A DNA stretch of 64,000 bases from Phycisphaeraceae bacterium (GTDB taxonomy: Bacteria > Planctomycetota > Phycisphaerae > Phycisphaerales > Zrk34), in assembly GCA_040905565.1 (NCBI GenBank), contig JBBDRF010000012.1:119966-183965 (forward strand), written 5' to 3'. Positions 29,885 through 40,414 of the stretch are shown one piece after another. The notes under the pieces were generated by a model. The model did no database searches and was not told the origin of the DNA. It was given only the letters and a program-made list of their open reading frames with translations. The position numbers and the translations under genes are program-made. The number at the start of each line of letters is the position of its first letter. The stretch's first letter is position 1.

Positions 29885-31174
29885 TTATCCAGCGAAGCCT
29901 TCGCGAGGCGTGCGAGTGAGCATGCTCGTGGCTTCGGGATCGTTGTCGATGGTCTCGGTTTCCGGGTCCCACTTCAGCGTTCGGCCGCCGAGCACCGCGA
30001 TCGTCCCAAGATGGCAGGCGACGGCACTGGAGTGCGCCACATCCGCCGGGGCCGCTGTGGGTTTACGGTCGATCACGCCGTCGATGAAGTTCCGATGGTG
30101 ATCCACCGACTCATACAACTTCGTATCCGATTCCTTCAGTTCCACCCGCTTAAGGTTCTGATCCGAAGGCGTGTAGGTCACGTTCTCCACGTAACAATCC
30201 GCTTCGGAACCGATGAAGCGAATCCCCCAGTCACGACGTTCGGCACTGGTCCGCATGTGAATCTCAACGCCGTTGTCATAGGCGTAGCGGATGTCCAGAT
30301 CCGTTGGTGCATCGTAGATGCCTTCGGTTTTCTGCTTACCTGTGCCGATGATCTCGCGCGGCCCGGACCCGTCGGCCCCGATGCCCCAGTGGGCGATATC
30401 GATGTAGTGCGCCCCCCAATCGGTGATGTAGCCGGCTGAGTAATCGAGAATCCAGCGGAAATTGAAGTGCACCCGCGCTTCGGTGTAGGGAGCTTTGGGT
30501 GCGGGGCCCAGCCAGCGATCGTAGTCCAGATTCTCGGGCACCGGCTGTGGCTCTTCCATCCCGGTGAACCCGCCTCGGATGCCGAAGCCTTCCGGGATGC
30601 CGACCTCGACACGCTTCATCTCGCCGAGGTAACCGTTGAGCGCCAACTCGCTCGCACGCCGACACGCGGCCCGGCTGCGCCGCCAGGTGCCCGTCTGGAA
30701 GATGCGACCGTGCTCCTTCACCGCATCGGCCAGCACGCGTCCCTCCGTCACGTACAACGAAACCGGCTTCTCGCAATAGATGTCCTTGCCCGATCGCACC
30801 GCAGCAAGTGCGATGGGAACGTGCCAATGGTCAGGCGTGCCGATCGACACCGCATCAATATCGTTGCGGTCGATCAGTTCGCGATAGTCGTTGGTGATGT
30901 TGCGTTCGCCGGTCACCTTTGCCGTGCCGGCGGAGTTAGTTGCACGCCCGGCGTCGACATCGCAGATCGCCACCACCTGCACGCGATCGTCACGCAGGAA
31001 CGAACCCATGTTTCCGCTGCCCTGATTGCCGACACCGATGCACGCCATCGTGACCCGGTTCGAAGGTGCCGGCCGACCATCACGCCCGAGCGCCGAGGCA
31101 GGAATGAAGTAGGGCGCGGAAACGGCCGCGGCCGCCGTGCCGATGAACGTTCGACGTGTGGGTTGACTCGCCAT
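29885..31174 (-). CDS. Tat-exported Gfo/Idh/MocA oxidoreductase
   Basis: TRRTFI Tat motif; IGVGNQG, TPDHWH, YCEKP and DWGAHYID. Confidence 0.92.
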   Translation of the reverse strand: MASQPTRRTFIGTAAAAVSAPYFIPASALGRDGRPAPSNRVTMACIGVGNQGSGNMGSFLRDDRVQVVAICDVDAGRATNSAGTAKVTGERNITNDYRELIDRNDIDAVSIGTPDHWHVPIALAAVRSGKDIYCEKPVSLYVTEGRVLADAVKEHGRIFQTGTWRRSRAACRRASELALNGYLGEMKRVEVGIPEGFGIRGGFTGMEEPQPVPENLDYDRWLGPAPKAPYTEARVHFNFRWILDYSAGYITDWGAHYIDIAHWGIGADGSGPREIIGTGKQKTEGIYDAPTDLDIRYAYDNGVEIHMRTSAERRDWGIRFIGSEADCYVENVTYTPSDQNLKRVELKESDTKLYESVDHHRNFIDGVIDRKPTAAPADVAHSSAVACHLGTIAVLGGRTLKWDPETETIDNDPEATSMLTRTPREGFAG

Positions 31175-31264
31175 ATGAAGTGCACTTTCAAAATTTCTTG
31201 TTATGGATCGTGTTAGGGGCGTGCAGAAGCATCGTTTCCGTGCCCCCCGCGATGCTTCGCCATT

Positions 31265-31699
31265 TTACCGATAATCCGGCGGCAGTGTCTCGTTCTCCAG
31301 ATGCAACCAGTATTCCTGCTGCCGCTTTCGAAGCGCCTCGGCTTCGGCCTGGCCAAGACGACCCGACGCAAGCTGCTGCTCGCCGTCGCGTAGATCGACG
31401 AGCAGGCTGCGAAGCCCGTCCGATGCGTCAGGGTGCCGCTCCAGAAGAATGTCCAAACCTCCCGCCACCTTGCGATGCCCATCATGGAATGCTTCGGGAT
31501 ACTCGCTCGGCGAGATGTGCTTCGTGAACTCCCGTTCGGCGTGGTAGGCTTGCAAAGCGGACTCTCGCAGTTGGTCCGTCGGTGCCTGCTCACCACAGCC
31601 GACGATGCTGATCCCCACCACCATCAGCCAAACGGGCAACAGCAGGCGGGTCGGCATCAGTTTTCCGTAACGTCTCATGGCCTGTTTCTTTCTGCTCAT
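31265..31699 (-). CDS. Hypothetical lipoprotein
   Basis: Hydrophobic stretch ending IVGC; co-oriented in the cassette. Confidence 0.55.
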   Translation of the reverse strand: MSRKKQAMRRYGKLMPTRLLLPVWLMVVGISIVGCGEQAPTDQLRESALQAYHAEREFTKHISPSEYPEAFHDGHRKVAGGLDILLERHPDASDGLRSLLVDLRDGEQQLASGRLGQAEAEALRKRQQEYWLHLENETLPPDYR

Positions 31700-31727
31700 C
31701 TGCTTGTTCAGGTTCGGTTACGCCTCA

Positions 31728-32512
31728 TCATTCCGGCACAATGCCCGGCACCGGGATCCTGAAGTGCTTGACGTGGGCGCCGTAGAAGGTGCCGTCGTCG
31801 CTATCGATCAGGCCGTCGTTCACCCAGCTGACGCTGCCGTCCTCGTAGAGATAGTTACTGCCGAGTCTGCCGTCGCCCGAATTGCCCAAATGAGAAGATC
31901 GAGCGGGGTCCATCTCACCGCCGGTGGATGTGGAAAGATCGAACATGATCGGTGCACGCGAGAAGGTACCATCGAACTTGGTCTTGCTGATCCATCCGTC
32001 GACAGGGGTGTAAACGAAGCCGGCGGGGACGGGGTAGTCACGATTAGGCAGATAGCCGTAGCCGATCGCCGAGAAGCTCTGGCTGACGGGCCGACGAATC
32101 TCCGGTCCAACGGGGCAGTAGTGGGGGATGTTCTCGCCCTCTGCCGTATCGCCGAGGTCGTAGTCGGAGAGGTAGTTGTCGAAGAACTCCCACACTTCAC
32201 CGAGGTTGCCGTTCGCGTCGGTCTGCGTCGTGCGGTCGATGTGCATCACATTCGACGTGTTCCAGTGATTGGCGACCATGAACTGCGCATTGCGTTCGCT
32301 CGCCCACATGTGCAGCCCCGACGCCCATTGACGCAGGTTCGCAGCGCACGAGACCTTCATCGCCTCCTGCCGCGCACGCCCAAGGGCTGGCAGCAGAACC
32401 CCATCAGCAGCGCGATGATCCCCACGACCACCAGCAGTTCGATCAGGGTAAAACCTCTGCGGGCGCGCCCTGACGTCGCGACGGGTGACCCGTTGTTGAT
32501 CCGTTTCGACAT
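31728..32512 (-). pseudogene. Prepilin-type N-terminal cleavage / H-X9-DG protein with a single-base frameshift
   Basis: RGFTLIELLVVVGIIALLMG in one frame continues as LLPALGRARQEAMKVSCAANLRQ in another. One base is missing at the G4 run (32399-32402). C-terminal SH...GSNYLYEDGSV. Confidence 0.8.
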
Positions 32513-32608
32513 GTTCTTTCCTCTAAAAATCGCGTAACAGTTTCGACTGCGGCACCGGACATTTTCAAAGCGGCGGGACGACCTTCGCCGTCCCGCCACA
32601 GGTTGATA

Positions 32609-33568
32609 TCAAACGAACAGCCCGTTCTGGGGACGCCGGCGCATCGCGATCGCGCCAAGCAGCAGCAGGCCCGCAGGCAGCGCAGCCGGCGTCGGAATCA
32701 CCGTGCTGGTCGCACTGTAATGACCAGCGAATTCCTCGAGCCTCGCGTCAACCGACGCTTCGTCCGAGAGGTCGTAAATGGCGAACTCATCGAGCATGCC
32801 TTGGAACAAACCCTTGTTGAAAACTTCGTCGCCGATGGCGAACATGACATCCGCGCTGAAGTTCGGGAAGTCCTCATGGTCGTCGATGAGGGCGACGCTG
32901 GTGGCGTTGGCATAGTCGCCGTTAAGAATAAGCGTCTGGCGATTGGTGGCCCCGTCTATCGCTTCATAGCCCATCACGACGTGATTCCAGGCATTCGAGG
33001 CCAATGTTGGGAAGCTCGCGCCGGTCCGGCCGTCGTTCGTGAAAATCTCGAGTCCGTTCCCCTCGTATCCGTTGATTACGGACGGGGCATTCTGACCGTT
33101 CCAACCGTTTGGCGCGGATTGGAAGATATAGGTCGGGGATTGCTCGCCATCAAAGTAGATCCAGAACTCCATGGCATAGCTGGAGTAGGTGCCGTCGTTG
33201 GGCGCGCTGCCGCCGGTGAAGCCGGTCCACCATGCTTGCTCAATGGTGCCGCCAAACGATCCGGCATTGCCGAGGCTCAGCCCGCCGGCGTTGGTGGTGG
33301 AGGGGGCGACGGCGTGCTGGCCGCCGCCGACAGCGTCGCCGCCGTCTGCGTAGCCGTGGTTGAGCAGGAGGTCGGGCTCGTCTTCGGAATAGATGGGCTC
33401 GGCATCATCCCAGGTGTAGTAGAACGCGGGGTTGCTGGCTTGGATGACGTCCTGGTAATTCGCCTGGGCCGGGGCGGCACCGATTGTCATGGCCGCGAGG
33501 CCCAGCATCGGCACCATGACGTGCTGTTTGATCCGCAACGTGCTGCTGCGGGCGGGGAGAATAGACAT
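32609..33568 (-). CDS. Secreted LamG-like protein with PEP-CTERM-like (PTP) sorting tail
   Basis: Signal peptide; YAMEFW, WNHVVM and FQGMLDEFAIYD; C-terminal VIPTPAALPAGLLLLGAIAMRRR; GAAGGAG RBS. Confidence 0.85.
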   Translation of the reverse strand: MSILPARSSTLRIKQHVMVPMLGLAAMTIGAAPAQANYQDVIQASNPAFYYTWDDAEPIYSEDEPDLLLNHGYADGGDAVGGGQHAVAPSTTNAGGLSLGNAGSFGGTIEQAWWTGFTGGSAPNDGTYSSYAMEFWIYFDGEQSPTYIFQSAPNGWNGQNAPSVINGYEGNGLEIFTNDGRTGASFPTLASNAWNHVVMGYEAIDGATNRQTLILNGDYANATSVALIDDHEDFPNFSADVMFAIGDEVFNKGLFQGMLDEFAIYDLSDEASVDARLEEFAGHYSATSTVIPTPAALPAGLLLLGAIAMRRRPQNGLFV

Positions 33569-33868
33569 TCGCGTAGCTCCTTCAGTTTCAAGGGGAAGAG
33601 TTGAGGCAGGCGAACTCGCCGATTCGCGAGCGCCGTTCGTTACAATCCTGTCGCTGATGTCCTCCAAAACGATCTACCGGTTGAGACTGCCGTGACTTGC
33701 GAAAACTGGGCCGCTTCAACGAGCCGGCCTCACGCGATATTTCGTGACATCAATAAGCCCCATGCAAAAGATTCTTTGGTAGCACGAGACATCTTATCTC
33801 GAAGGCAAGATTGATGCAACGAAAAATCATGCCAAGATTTTTGGTGGCCTTCGCCTGCGGTAGGGGGG

Positions 33869-34822
33869 TCAGGGCGTGGTGAGTTCGCGGAGGCCGATGG
33901 GTCGCCCGTCGATCTCCGAATCAATCGCTCCCAGGTGCTCCAGGAGCGTCGGCACGACGTCGACGATGTACGTCTGCTGTGGGCTGATGCGATTGTGGAC
34001 CGCCTCGCCGCTGACGAGGAAGAAGCCGTGGAGGATCTCGGGGTTTTCGTGGCCGCCGCCGTGGCCGGTTTCGTAGCCGCCGTGGTCGGTGGTCATCACG
34101 ATGATCCAGTCTTCCTGCTTGTAGGCCGGTCGGCTCCGGATGGCTTTCATGATGTCACCGACATGGCGATCGGTGTTCTCGATGGCTTTGAGATACTCCG
34201 GTTCATGGGCGTTGAAGCCGAAGGTATGACCGGCGATATCCGGCTGGCTCAGGTAGATCGAAACCGCCGTCGGATCGTTCTCCGTCAGCAACTGCACCGC
34301 TTTCTCGGTGAGATCGACGTTCGCCTGTTTCTCGCGCGCCATACGGTCACCGCCCGGGCCACCGACAGGGAAGAACTCACGCACACTTGCATCGGACACG
34401 ATGTGATGCTCAATAGGAATCCAACTGGCGACCAGCGAGATGGTCTCAGCGTCGGGATCGGCAGCGCGAATGTGCGCGAAGAAGTGGGGGTGCTCATCGT
34501 ACTTTCGCCCTGCGAAGCTGTTGTCGTGCACGCCGTGCTTGTCCGCCCAGACGCCGGTGAAGATGCTCGACCATCCCGGCCCGCTGATGGTGTCGTTCTT
34601 CTGGTAACGCTCGCCGAGGATCAGGCAGCGCGGGTCGAAGGTGCCATTGGCGATGAGCCGATCGATGTTCGGCGTGTCGGCGACGATCAGCGCGTCGGGC
34701 CTCACGCCGTCAACACCGATGAATACCGCTTTGGGGACCCGCTCGCCGTCGGCGTAAGCGGTTGAAGCGACGTTCATCGCCGCGATCATCGCCAACAGAA
34801 ACAGGCAGTGACGCACCTTCAT
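33869..34822 (-). CDS. Alkaline phosphatase superfamily protein (nucleotide pyrophosphatase/phosphodiesterase-like)
   Basis: FIGVDGVR, TISGPGWSSIFTG, DIAGH and TTDHGG; signal peptide. Confidence 0.85.
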   Translation of the reverse strand: MKVRHCLFLLAMIAAMNVASTAYADGERVPKAVFIGVDGVRPDALIVADTPNIDRLIANGTFDPRCLILGERYQKNDTISGPGWSSIFTGVWADKHGVHDNSFAGRKYDEHPHFFAHIRAADPDAETISLVASWIPIEHHIVSDASVREFFPVGGPGGDRMAREKQANVDLTEKAVQLLTENDPTAVSIYLSQPDIAGHTFGFNAHEPEYLKAIENTDRHVGDIMKAIRSRPAYKQEDWIIVMTTDHGGYETGHGGGHENPEILHGFFLVSGEAVHNRISPQQTYIVDVVPTLLEHLGAIDSEIDGRPIGLRELTTP

Positions 34823-34832
34823 GGTCACCCCT

Positions 34833-36299
34833 TCATGCGATGATGTCGTGGATGACGTGGCCGTGGACGTCGGTGAGGCGGCGGTCGATGCCGTTGTGGC
34901 GGACGCTGAGGCGTTCGTGGTCGATGCCAAGCAGGTGCAGCAGCGTCGCGTGAATGTCGTAGCAGTAGGTCGGCTGCGAAGGGTTGGCGGGCTTGAAGGA
35001 CCACTCGTCGGATTCGCCGTAGGTCGTGCCGCCCTTGATACCGCCGCCTGCGAGGAAGTTGGTAAAGGTGAATGGGTTGTGGTCGCGTCCCTTGCCGCCC
35101 TGAGCGCAGGGCATGCGGCCGAACTCGGTGGTCCACAGGATGATCGTGTCTTCAAGCATGCCGCGCTGCTTGAGATCCTGCATCAGCGCTGCCGCGCCGC
35201 GTGAGAAGCCTCGGCCGAGTGGCCAGTGGTCACGCTTGAGATCTTCATGGGAATCCCAGTTGCGGCGGGGATGGCCGTTGTCCGCACCGGACCAGATCTG
35301 CACGAACCGCGTCCCGCGCTCAAGCAGCCGCCGGGCGACGAGACAGTTGCGGCCGAAGTAGCGCGTTTCCTCGCCTTCGTTCATTGGGCCGTCTTCGTCG
35401 GTGTCAGGCATGTCTATGCCGTACATGTCACGGATATGCTGCGGTTCGTCGGCAAGGTCGAGCACCTCGGGCGCGGACAGCTGCATGCGTGCGGCGAGTT
35501 CGTAGGTGCGGATGCGTGCATCAAGTCGGGGGTCGCCGTCGCGCGTCCCCTGGTGTTGCCGATTGAGCGCTTCCATAGCGGCAAGGACGTCGCCTTCGCT
35601 GCGCGGCGTGATGAAGCCGGCATCGGAAGGCGGCGAGATATCGCGGATCGGGTTGCGAGCCGAGGGACGGATGATGGTGCCTTGATGCTGCCCGGGCAGG
35701 AACGCTGAGCCCCAGTTCTTCGGGCCGTTGGGCGCGAAGCCGCGCGGGTCCGGCAGGACGACGAAGGTGGGCAAGTTCTCGTTCATCGTGCCCAGACCGT
35801 AGGACACCCACGCGCCCATCCCCGGGAAGCCGGGCAGGATGAAGCCGGTCGCCTGCATGGAGGTGCCGGGGCCGTGGACGTTGGATTTGCTGACCACGTT
35901 ATGGATGAACGCCATGTCGTCCGCGCAGGCGCCGAGGGGCGCGACGCAGTCGTTGATCATCTTGCCGGACTGCCCGTAGCGGCGCCACTTCCACGGCGCC
36001 TGCATCGTCTTGCCGGGCGCGGACTGGAACAGTTCGACCTGTTCGCCGGGATCCCAGTCGTTGCCGTGATCCTTGGTCAGCAGGGGCTTGTAATCGAAGG
36101 TGTCGCACTGCGAAGCGGCACCGGACATGTACATCTGAATCACGCGCTTGGCGCGGGGCCGATGATGCAGCCCGCCGTCGCGCGTGAGCGCCCCCTGTCC
36201 CAGCGGCGCGCCCAGCAGGCCGTCGCGGTTGAGCATTGAAGCGAGTGCGACGCCGCCGAGGCCGCCACCGGAATTGAATAGAAAGTTGCGTCGGTCCAT
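34833..36299 (-). CDS. DUF1501 domain protein (Tat signal)
   Basis: MDRRNFL, AKRVIQMYMSGAASQCDTFDYKP, ARRLLERGTRFVQI, WDSH, EFGRMP and GRDHNP. Confidence 0.92.
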   Translation of the reverse strand: MDRRNFLFNSGGGLGGVALASMLNRDGLLGAPLGQGALTRDGGLHHRPRAKRVIQMYMSGAASQCDTFDYKPLLTKDHGNDWDPGEQVELFQSAPGKTMQAPWKWRRYGQSGKMINDCVAPLGACADDMAFIHNVVSKSNVHGPGTSMQATGFILPGFPGMGAWVSYGLGTMNENLPTFVVLPDPRGFAPNGPKNWGSAFLPGQHQGTIIRPSARNPIRDISPPSDAGFITPRSEGDVLAAMEALNRQHQGTRDGDPRLDARIRTYELAARMQLSAPEVLDLADEPQHIRDMYGIDMPDTDEDGPMNEGEETRYFGRNCLVARRLLERGTRFVQIWSGADNGHPRRNWDSHEDLKRDHWPLGRGFSRGAAALMQDLKQRGMLEDTIILWTTEFGRMPCAQGGKGRDHNPFTFTNFLAGGGIKGGTTYGESDEWSFKPANPSQPTYCYDIHATLLHLLGIDHERLSVRHNGIDRRLTDVHGHVIHDIIA

Positions 36300-36317
36300 G
36301 GCCGAACCTCCTGGATA

Positions 36318-39300
36318 TCAGTCGATGAAGATCATCTCGTTGGCGTTGTAGAGAAGGCGGGCGAAGTTCGCCAGCCCATGTTCCTGGACGATCGGCATGA
36401 GCAGCTCGATTTCGTCGCGGTTGGGGTTCCGGCCGTAAGCAAGGCGGAAGCCCCGGCGAATCTGTTCGACCGGATTGTCCGCGTGTCCGCTAAGCCGGGC
36501 TGCGAAGTGTTCAGACTGTCGCACCATGAACGGGTTGTTCATCAGCGACAATGCCTGCAGCGCCGTCAGCGTGCTGTTGCGCACGTGGACGTTCTGCGCG
36601 GGGTCGGCACAGTCGAGCGTTTCCATGAGCGGATCAGGCACGCTGCGCACGATGAACCGGTAGATCGAGCGACGCAGCGTGTCCGGGTTGTCCACGTCGT
36701 GTTCGTCATAGAGATAGTGGGGCGAGTGGTCGTCGATGAACCCGAAAAGCCGATAGCCCGGGCCGTACATCTCACGGTCCAGCGTGCCGGAGACCGCCAT
36801 GGTCGCGTCACGAATGGCCTCGGCTTCGAGCTTGCGGACATTCATCCGCCACAGGTAATGGTTGCCTGAATCGAGGGCGGCCATGTCCGAACGCACCTTC
36901 GAAGCCTGACGGTAGGTTGCGCTGGTCACGATCATCCGGTGCAGGTCCTTGAACGACTGATCGGAATCGCGGAACTCCAGGGCCAGGTAATCCAGCAGCT
37001 GCGGATGCGTCGGCTGTTCGCCCATGCGGCCGAAGTCCTGCAGCGTCGCCACGATGCCGCGACCGAAGTGGTGATGCCAGATCCGGTTCACGATCGAACG
37101 CCACGTCAGCGGGTTGTCTTTGTCGAGGATCCACTCCGCCGCCGCCGCGCGACGCTGACCTTCTTTGGAAAGATCGTCGATGGCCTGGAAGTGATGGTCG
37201 AGATGCTCCAGTGCCCCGATCGCCCCGGGGCCGACCTCCTTGCCCGGCTGCGTCACCTCGCCTCGGGCGAGCACATGCACCGGCCGCGGCTCGCCGTTCG
37301 GCGGGGGCGTGAAGTTGCCCTGGCTGGAAAACTCCGTCGCGGCGGCGTAAACCATGCCGGTGGCCTCGGGCAAACCTTCACGCTGCTGCTGCAGCGCCGC
37401 GATCTCATCAAGCAGCTGCTGACGCTTGGCGCGGAAGGCATCGTCGAACAGCTCCTCGGTGATCTCACGCTCACGCGCCACCGCCTCAGCCAGCGCGGGC
37501 AGGTGGTCGGCGTCTTCCTCAGCGGGCATGGCTTCATAGATGCCGTTGGTGAGGTTCGCTCGGCCCCACCGATTCGCAGCCTCGATGCTGCTGTCAGACT
37601 GAACCGCCTGACCGCGTGCCACGTTCTCACCCGCAGCGTTCAGCACCGCAAGCTCCGCGAGCGCGAAGATGTAATCGTCCTGCCGGTTGGCACGCTTGTT
37701 CACACTGACGCGGACGTACCGGGCCTTCTGCCCGTCGGCCGTAGCCACGTGCGGCACGATGCCGGGGTTGGGGAAGTCCGTCCGCGACTGATCATCCACC
37801 ACCACCCGCTCGGCGAAGTCAGCATCGTTGGAAAGCTCAACCTTGAAGCGGACGGGGAAGCCGAACCCGTCACCGATATTGTTGAATGTGTCGAAGGTCG
37901 GTGCCAACACGATGTGAGCGATGGCCGTCGGCTCACCGAGATCGACCTGCACCCAGCCGGGCGTGGCGGGATCGTCAACGATATCTGAATGGTAACCCCG
38001 TGACGCATGCCCCTTGCCGCCGCGGTCAGCGACCATGCTCGTAATCTTCTTGCGCAGCTGGGTCAGATCGCCGCCGCCCTGTGTGCTCACCTGCTCGGTC
38101 AACTCAGTCAGGCGAGCCTCCACGTCGGCGATCTGCTTGATCAACTGCTCACGTTTTGCCGCCACTTGCGGGTCTTTGGGGAACGGTCGAGGCGCTCGCT
38201 CGATGCCTGCGAACACCGCCTGCATGCGGTAATAGTCTTCATGCGCGATCGCATCAAACTTGTGCGTATGGCAGCGGGCACAGGCGACGGTGAGACTGGT
38301 CAGCCCGCCGAAGACGGTGTCGATCATCTCGTCACGGTCCAGCGAACGCGTCAGGTCCTTGTCCGTCGTGCCTTCACGCAGTTCCACGTGCCCAACGAAA
38401 TCCCATCCGCCCGCCACGATGAAGCCCGTCGCCACCACGCCGTCTTTCGTGTTCGGATACAGCACGTCGCCGGCCAGCTGCTCACGTATAAAACGCTCGT
38501 AAGGCTTACCCTCGTTGAACGACCGCACCACGTAGTCACGATAGTGATAAGCATTGTTGCGGGTCTTGTCTTTATCGAAGCCATGCGTGTCGGCGTAGCC
38601 GGCCATATCAAGCCAGTGCCGCGCCCACCGCTCACCGTAAGCCGGCGAAGCAAGCAGTTTGTCGACCAGCTTCTCGTAGGCCTTGGGGTCAGGATCGTTC
38701 ACGAACGCTTCGACCTGCTCATAGCTCGGCGGCAGGCCGGTCAGGTCGTAATAGATCCGCCGAATCAGCGTGCGCCGGTCGGCCTCGGGGGAGGGGCTCA
38801 AGCCCTGCTCGCGAAGCTTGTCGATCACGAACGCGTCGATCGGATTGCGCACCCACGCAGCATCCGCACCTTCATGCTCGGGAACGGCCACCGGCTCGAT
38901 CGGCTTGAACGACCACCAGTCCGCGTCGGGCATGCCCAGGTCCTCAAGCATCCGATCGCGGTCCGGCCACGGGGCCCCCGCATCGATCCACGCACGCACC
39001 GTCTGAACCTGCTCATCACTCAGCGGCGAAGACTGCCGAGGCATCTCAGGCTCCGGGCCACTGATCATCGCCAGCAGACGGCTGCCGTCCGCGTTGCCCG
39101 GCCGCACCACGCCCGCAGCTTCGGGACCAAACAGGCTCTCGTAAGTGCTTAAAGCCAAGTCCCCCTTCATCGTCCCCTCAGCGTTATGACAGCGAATGCA
39201 GTTGTTCTCAAAGATCACCGCCACCGCTTCAAACGAAGCCTCGTCAGCTTCCGCCGCCTGTACGGGCCCGGCGACAGCCACCGCAATCGCCAGTGCCAGT

Positions 39301-39332
39301 CCCGCTGTAACCGTTGTTTCAAACCATCTCAT
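36318..39332 (-). CDS. Planctomycete cytochrome c + DUF1549 + DUF1553 (PSD1) protein with F5/8 type C insert
   Basis: CIRCH; NPIDAFV, ADRRTLIRR, YGERWARHWLD and CARCHTHKFD; NRIWHHHFGRGIV; discoidin-like GWVQVDLG...ARYVRV. Confidence 0.92.
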   Translation of the reverse strand: MRWFETTVTAGLALAIAVAVAGPVQAAEADEASFEAVAVIFENNCIRCHNAEGTMKGDLALSTYESLFGPEAAGVVRPGNADGSRLLAMISGPEPEMPRQSSPLSDEQVQTVRAWIDAGAPWPDRDRMLEDLGMPDADWWSFKPIEPVAVPEHEGADAAWVRNPIDAFVIDKLREQGLSPSPEADRRTLIRRIYYDLTGLPPSYEQVEAFVNDPDPKAYEKLVDKLLASPAYGERWARHWLDMAGYADTHGFDKDKTRNNAYHYRDYVVRSFNEGKPYERFIREQLAGDVLYPNTKDGVVATGFIVAGGWDFVGHVELREGTTDKDLTRSLDRDEMIDTVFGGLTSLTVACARCHTHKFDAIAHEDYYRMQAVFAGIERAPRPFPKDPQVAAKREQLIKQIADVEARLTELTEQVSTQGGGDLTQLRKKITSMVADRGGKGHASRGYHSDIVDDPATPGWVQVDLGEPTAIAHIVLAPTFDTFNNIGDGFGFPVRFKVELSNDADFAERVVVDDQSRTDFPNPGIVPHVATADGQKARYVRVSVNKRANRQDDYIFALAELAVLNAAGENVARGQAVQSDSSIEAANRWGRANLTNGIYEAMPAEEDADHLPALAEAVAREREITEELFDDAFRAKRQQLLDEIAALQQQREGLPEATGMVYAAATEFSSQGNFTPPPNGEPRPVHVLARGEVTQPGKEVGPGAIGALEHLDHHFQAIDDLSKEGQRRAAAAEWILDKDNPLTWRSIVNRIWHHHFGRGIVATLQDFGRMGEQPTHPQLLDYLALEFRDSDQSFKDLHRMIVTSATYRQASKVRSDMAALDSGNHYLWRMNVRKLEAEAIRDATMAVSGTLDREMYGPGYRLFGFIDDHSPHYLYDEHDVDNPDTLRRSIYRFIVRSVPDPLMETLDCADPAQNVHVRNSTLTALQALSLMNNPFMVRQSEHFAARLSGHADNPVEQIRRGFRLAYGRNPNRDEIELLMPIVQEHGLANFARLLYNANEMIFID

Positions 39333-39564
39333 GGGTCGCCTCGCTTTCGATCCGCACCGTCGCCATCTGAACGTCTTTTATATGCTAGCTTCAGTCATAA
39401 GAAGAGAACAGGTAAAGTTTGACTACACGAGGAATCATACCGGGGACTGAGACGGATACAAGCGTGAACCCATGAAAGTCTGCAGAATGTTTAACGCGAC
39501 GCGGCTTAGGTATGTTCACGGGTTAACCTTATGGTTCAGAGTTCGGCTACGCTGAAAAAAAACG

Positions 39565-39593
39565 TGGACAGATGATGGAATCTGCGGTATGAT
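39565..39593 (+). promoter_or_regulatory. Putative sigma70 promoter for the nag operon
   Basis: TGGACA-17 nt-TATGAT about 60 nt upstream of the start. Confidence 0.55.
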
Positions 39594-39652
39594 GTCACGT
39601 GCAAGATGGCTCGTGCTTTTGGGGGGCGGTTGGATGAAGGGAGCGGCAAAAG

Positions 39653-40414
39653 GTGAAACTTCAGATATGTAACGATGCGCAGGAGATGGGTGCTTGTGCG
39701 GCCGCCTCTGCCGGGGCGGCAATACGTAACGCCATCGCGAAGCGAGGCCGGGCGAACATCATCGTGGCGACCGGGGCTTCGCAGTTCCATCCGCTTGATG
39801 CGTTGGTTGCCGATGCAGGCATCGACTGGTCGGTCGTCACTGGCTTCCATCTGGATGAGTACCTGGACTTGCCGCAGACGCACCCCGCCTCGTTCCGTCG
39901 CTACCTCCGGGAGCGACTGGTCGATCGCGTGCCGATCGACACGTTCCACTATGTCAACGGTGAAGCGGCCGACCCGCATGCCGAGTGTGAACGGCTGGGC
40001 GCACTGATCGCGCAGCATCCGATCGACGTCGCCATGGTGGGCATCGGCGAGAATGCTCACCTGGCGTTCAATGATCCGCCGGCTGATTTCGAGACGGAGG
40101 AGCCATATCTGGTGGTGGATCTGGATCGTGCCTGCCGTCAGCAGCAGTTCGGCGAGGGGTGGTTCGAAAGCCTGGATGCGGTGCCCAAGCGTGCGATCTC
40201 GATGTCCGTCCAGCAGATTCTCAAGTCGCGCACCATCGTTGTCAGCGCGCCCGATGCTCGCAAAGCCTCCGCAGTTCACCGGACGATCGAAGGCCCTGTC
40301 AGGCCCGACGTGCCCGCCTCGATCCTTCAGCGTCACGACCGGACGCTGGTGTATATCGACGCGCCCGCGGGTTCGAAGCTGTCGCAGTCTTTGCTGGGGG
40401 CACGCGGCGCATGA
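39653..40414 (+). CDS. nagB: Glucosamine-6-phosphate deaminase-like
   Basis: [18 protein letters not shown] and [13 protein letters not shown]. Confidence 0.8.
   Translation: MKLQICNDAQEMGACAAASAGAAIRNAIAKRGRANIIVATGASQFHPLDALVADAGIDWSVVTGFHLDEYLDLPQTHPASFRRYLRERLVDRVPIDTFHYVNGEAADPHAECERLGALIAQHPIDVAMVGIGENAHLAFNDPPADFETEEPYLVVDLDRACRQQQFGEGWFESLDAVPKRAISMSVQQILKSRTIVVSAPDARKASAVHRTIEGPVRPDVPASILQRHDRTLVYIDAPAGSKLSQSLLGARGA

Noticed and set aside
33815..33836. Minus-strand TTGGCATG...TTGC as a sigma54 promoter
   Set aside because: The GG-to-GC spacing is 14 nt rather than the required 10.
33869..35155. 428-aa version of the phosphodiesterase ORF
   Set aside because: The N-terminal ~110 aa overlap the DUF1501 gene. 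The real start is at about 34822, where the signal peptide begins.
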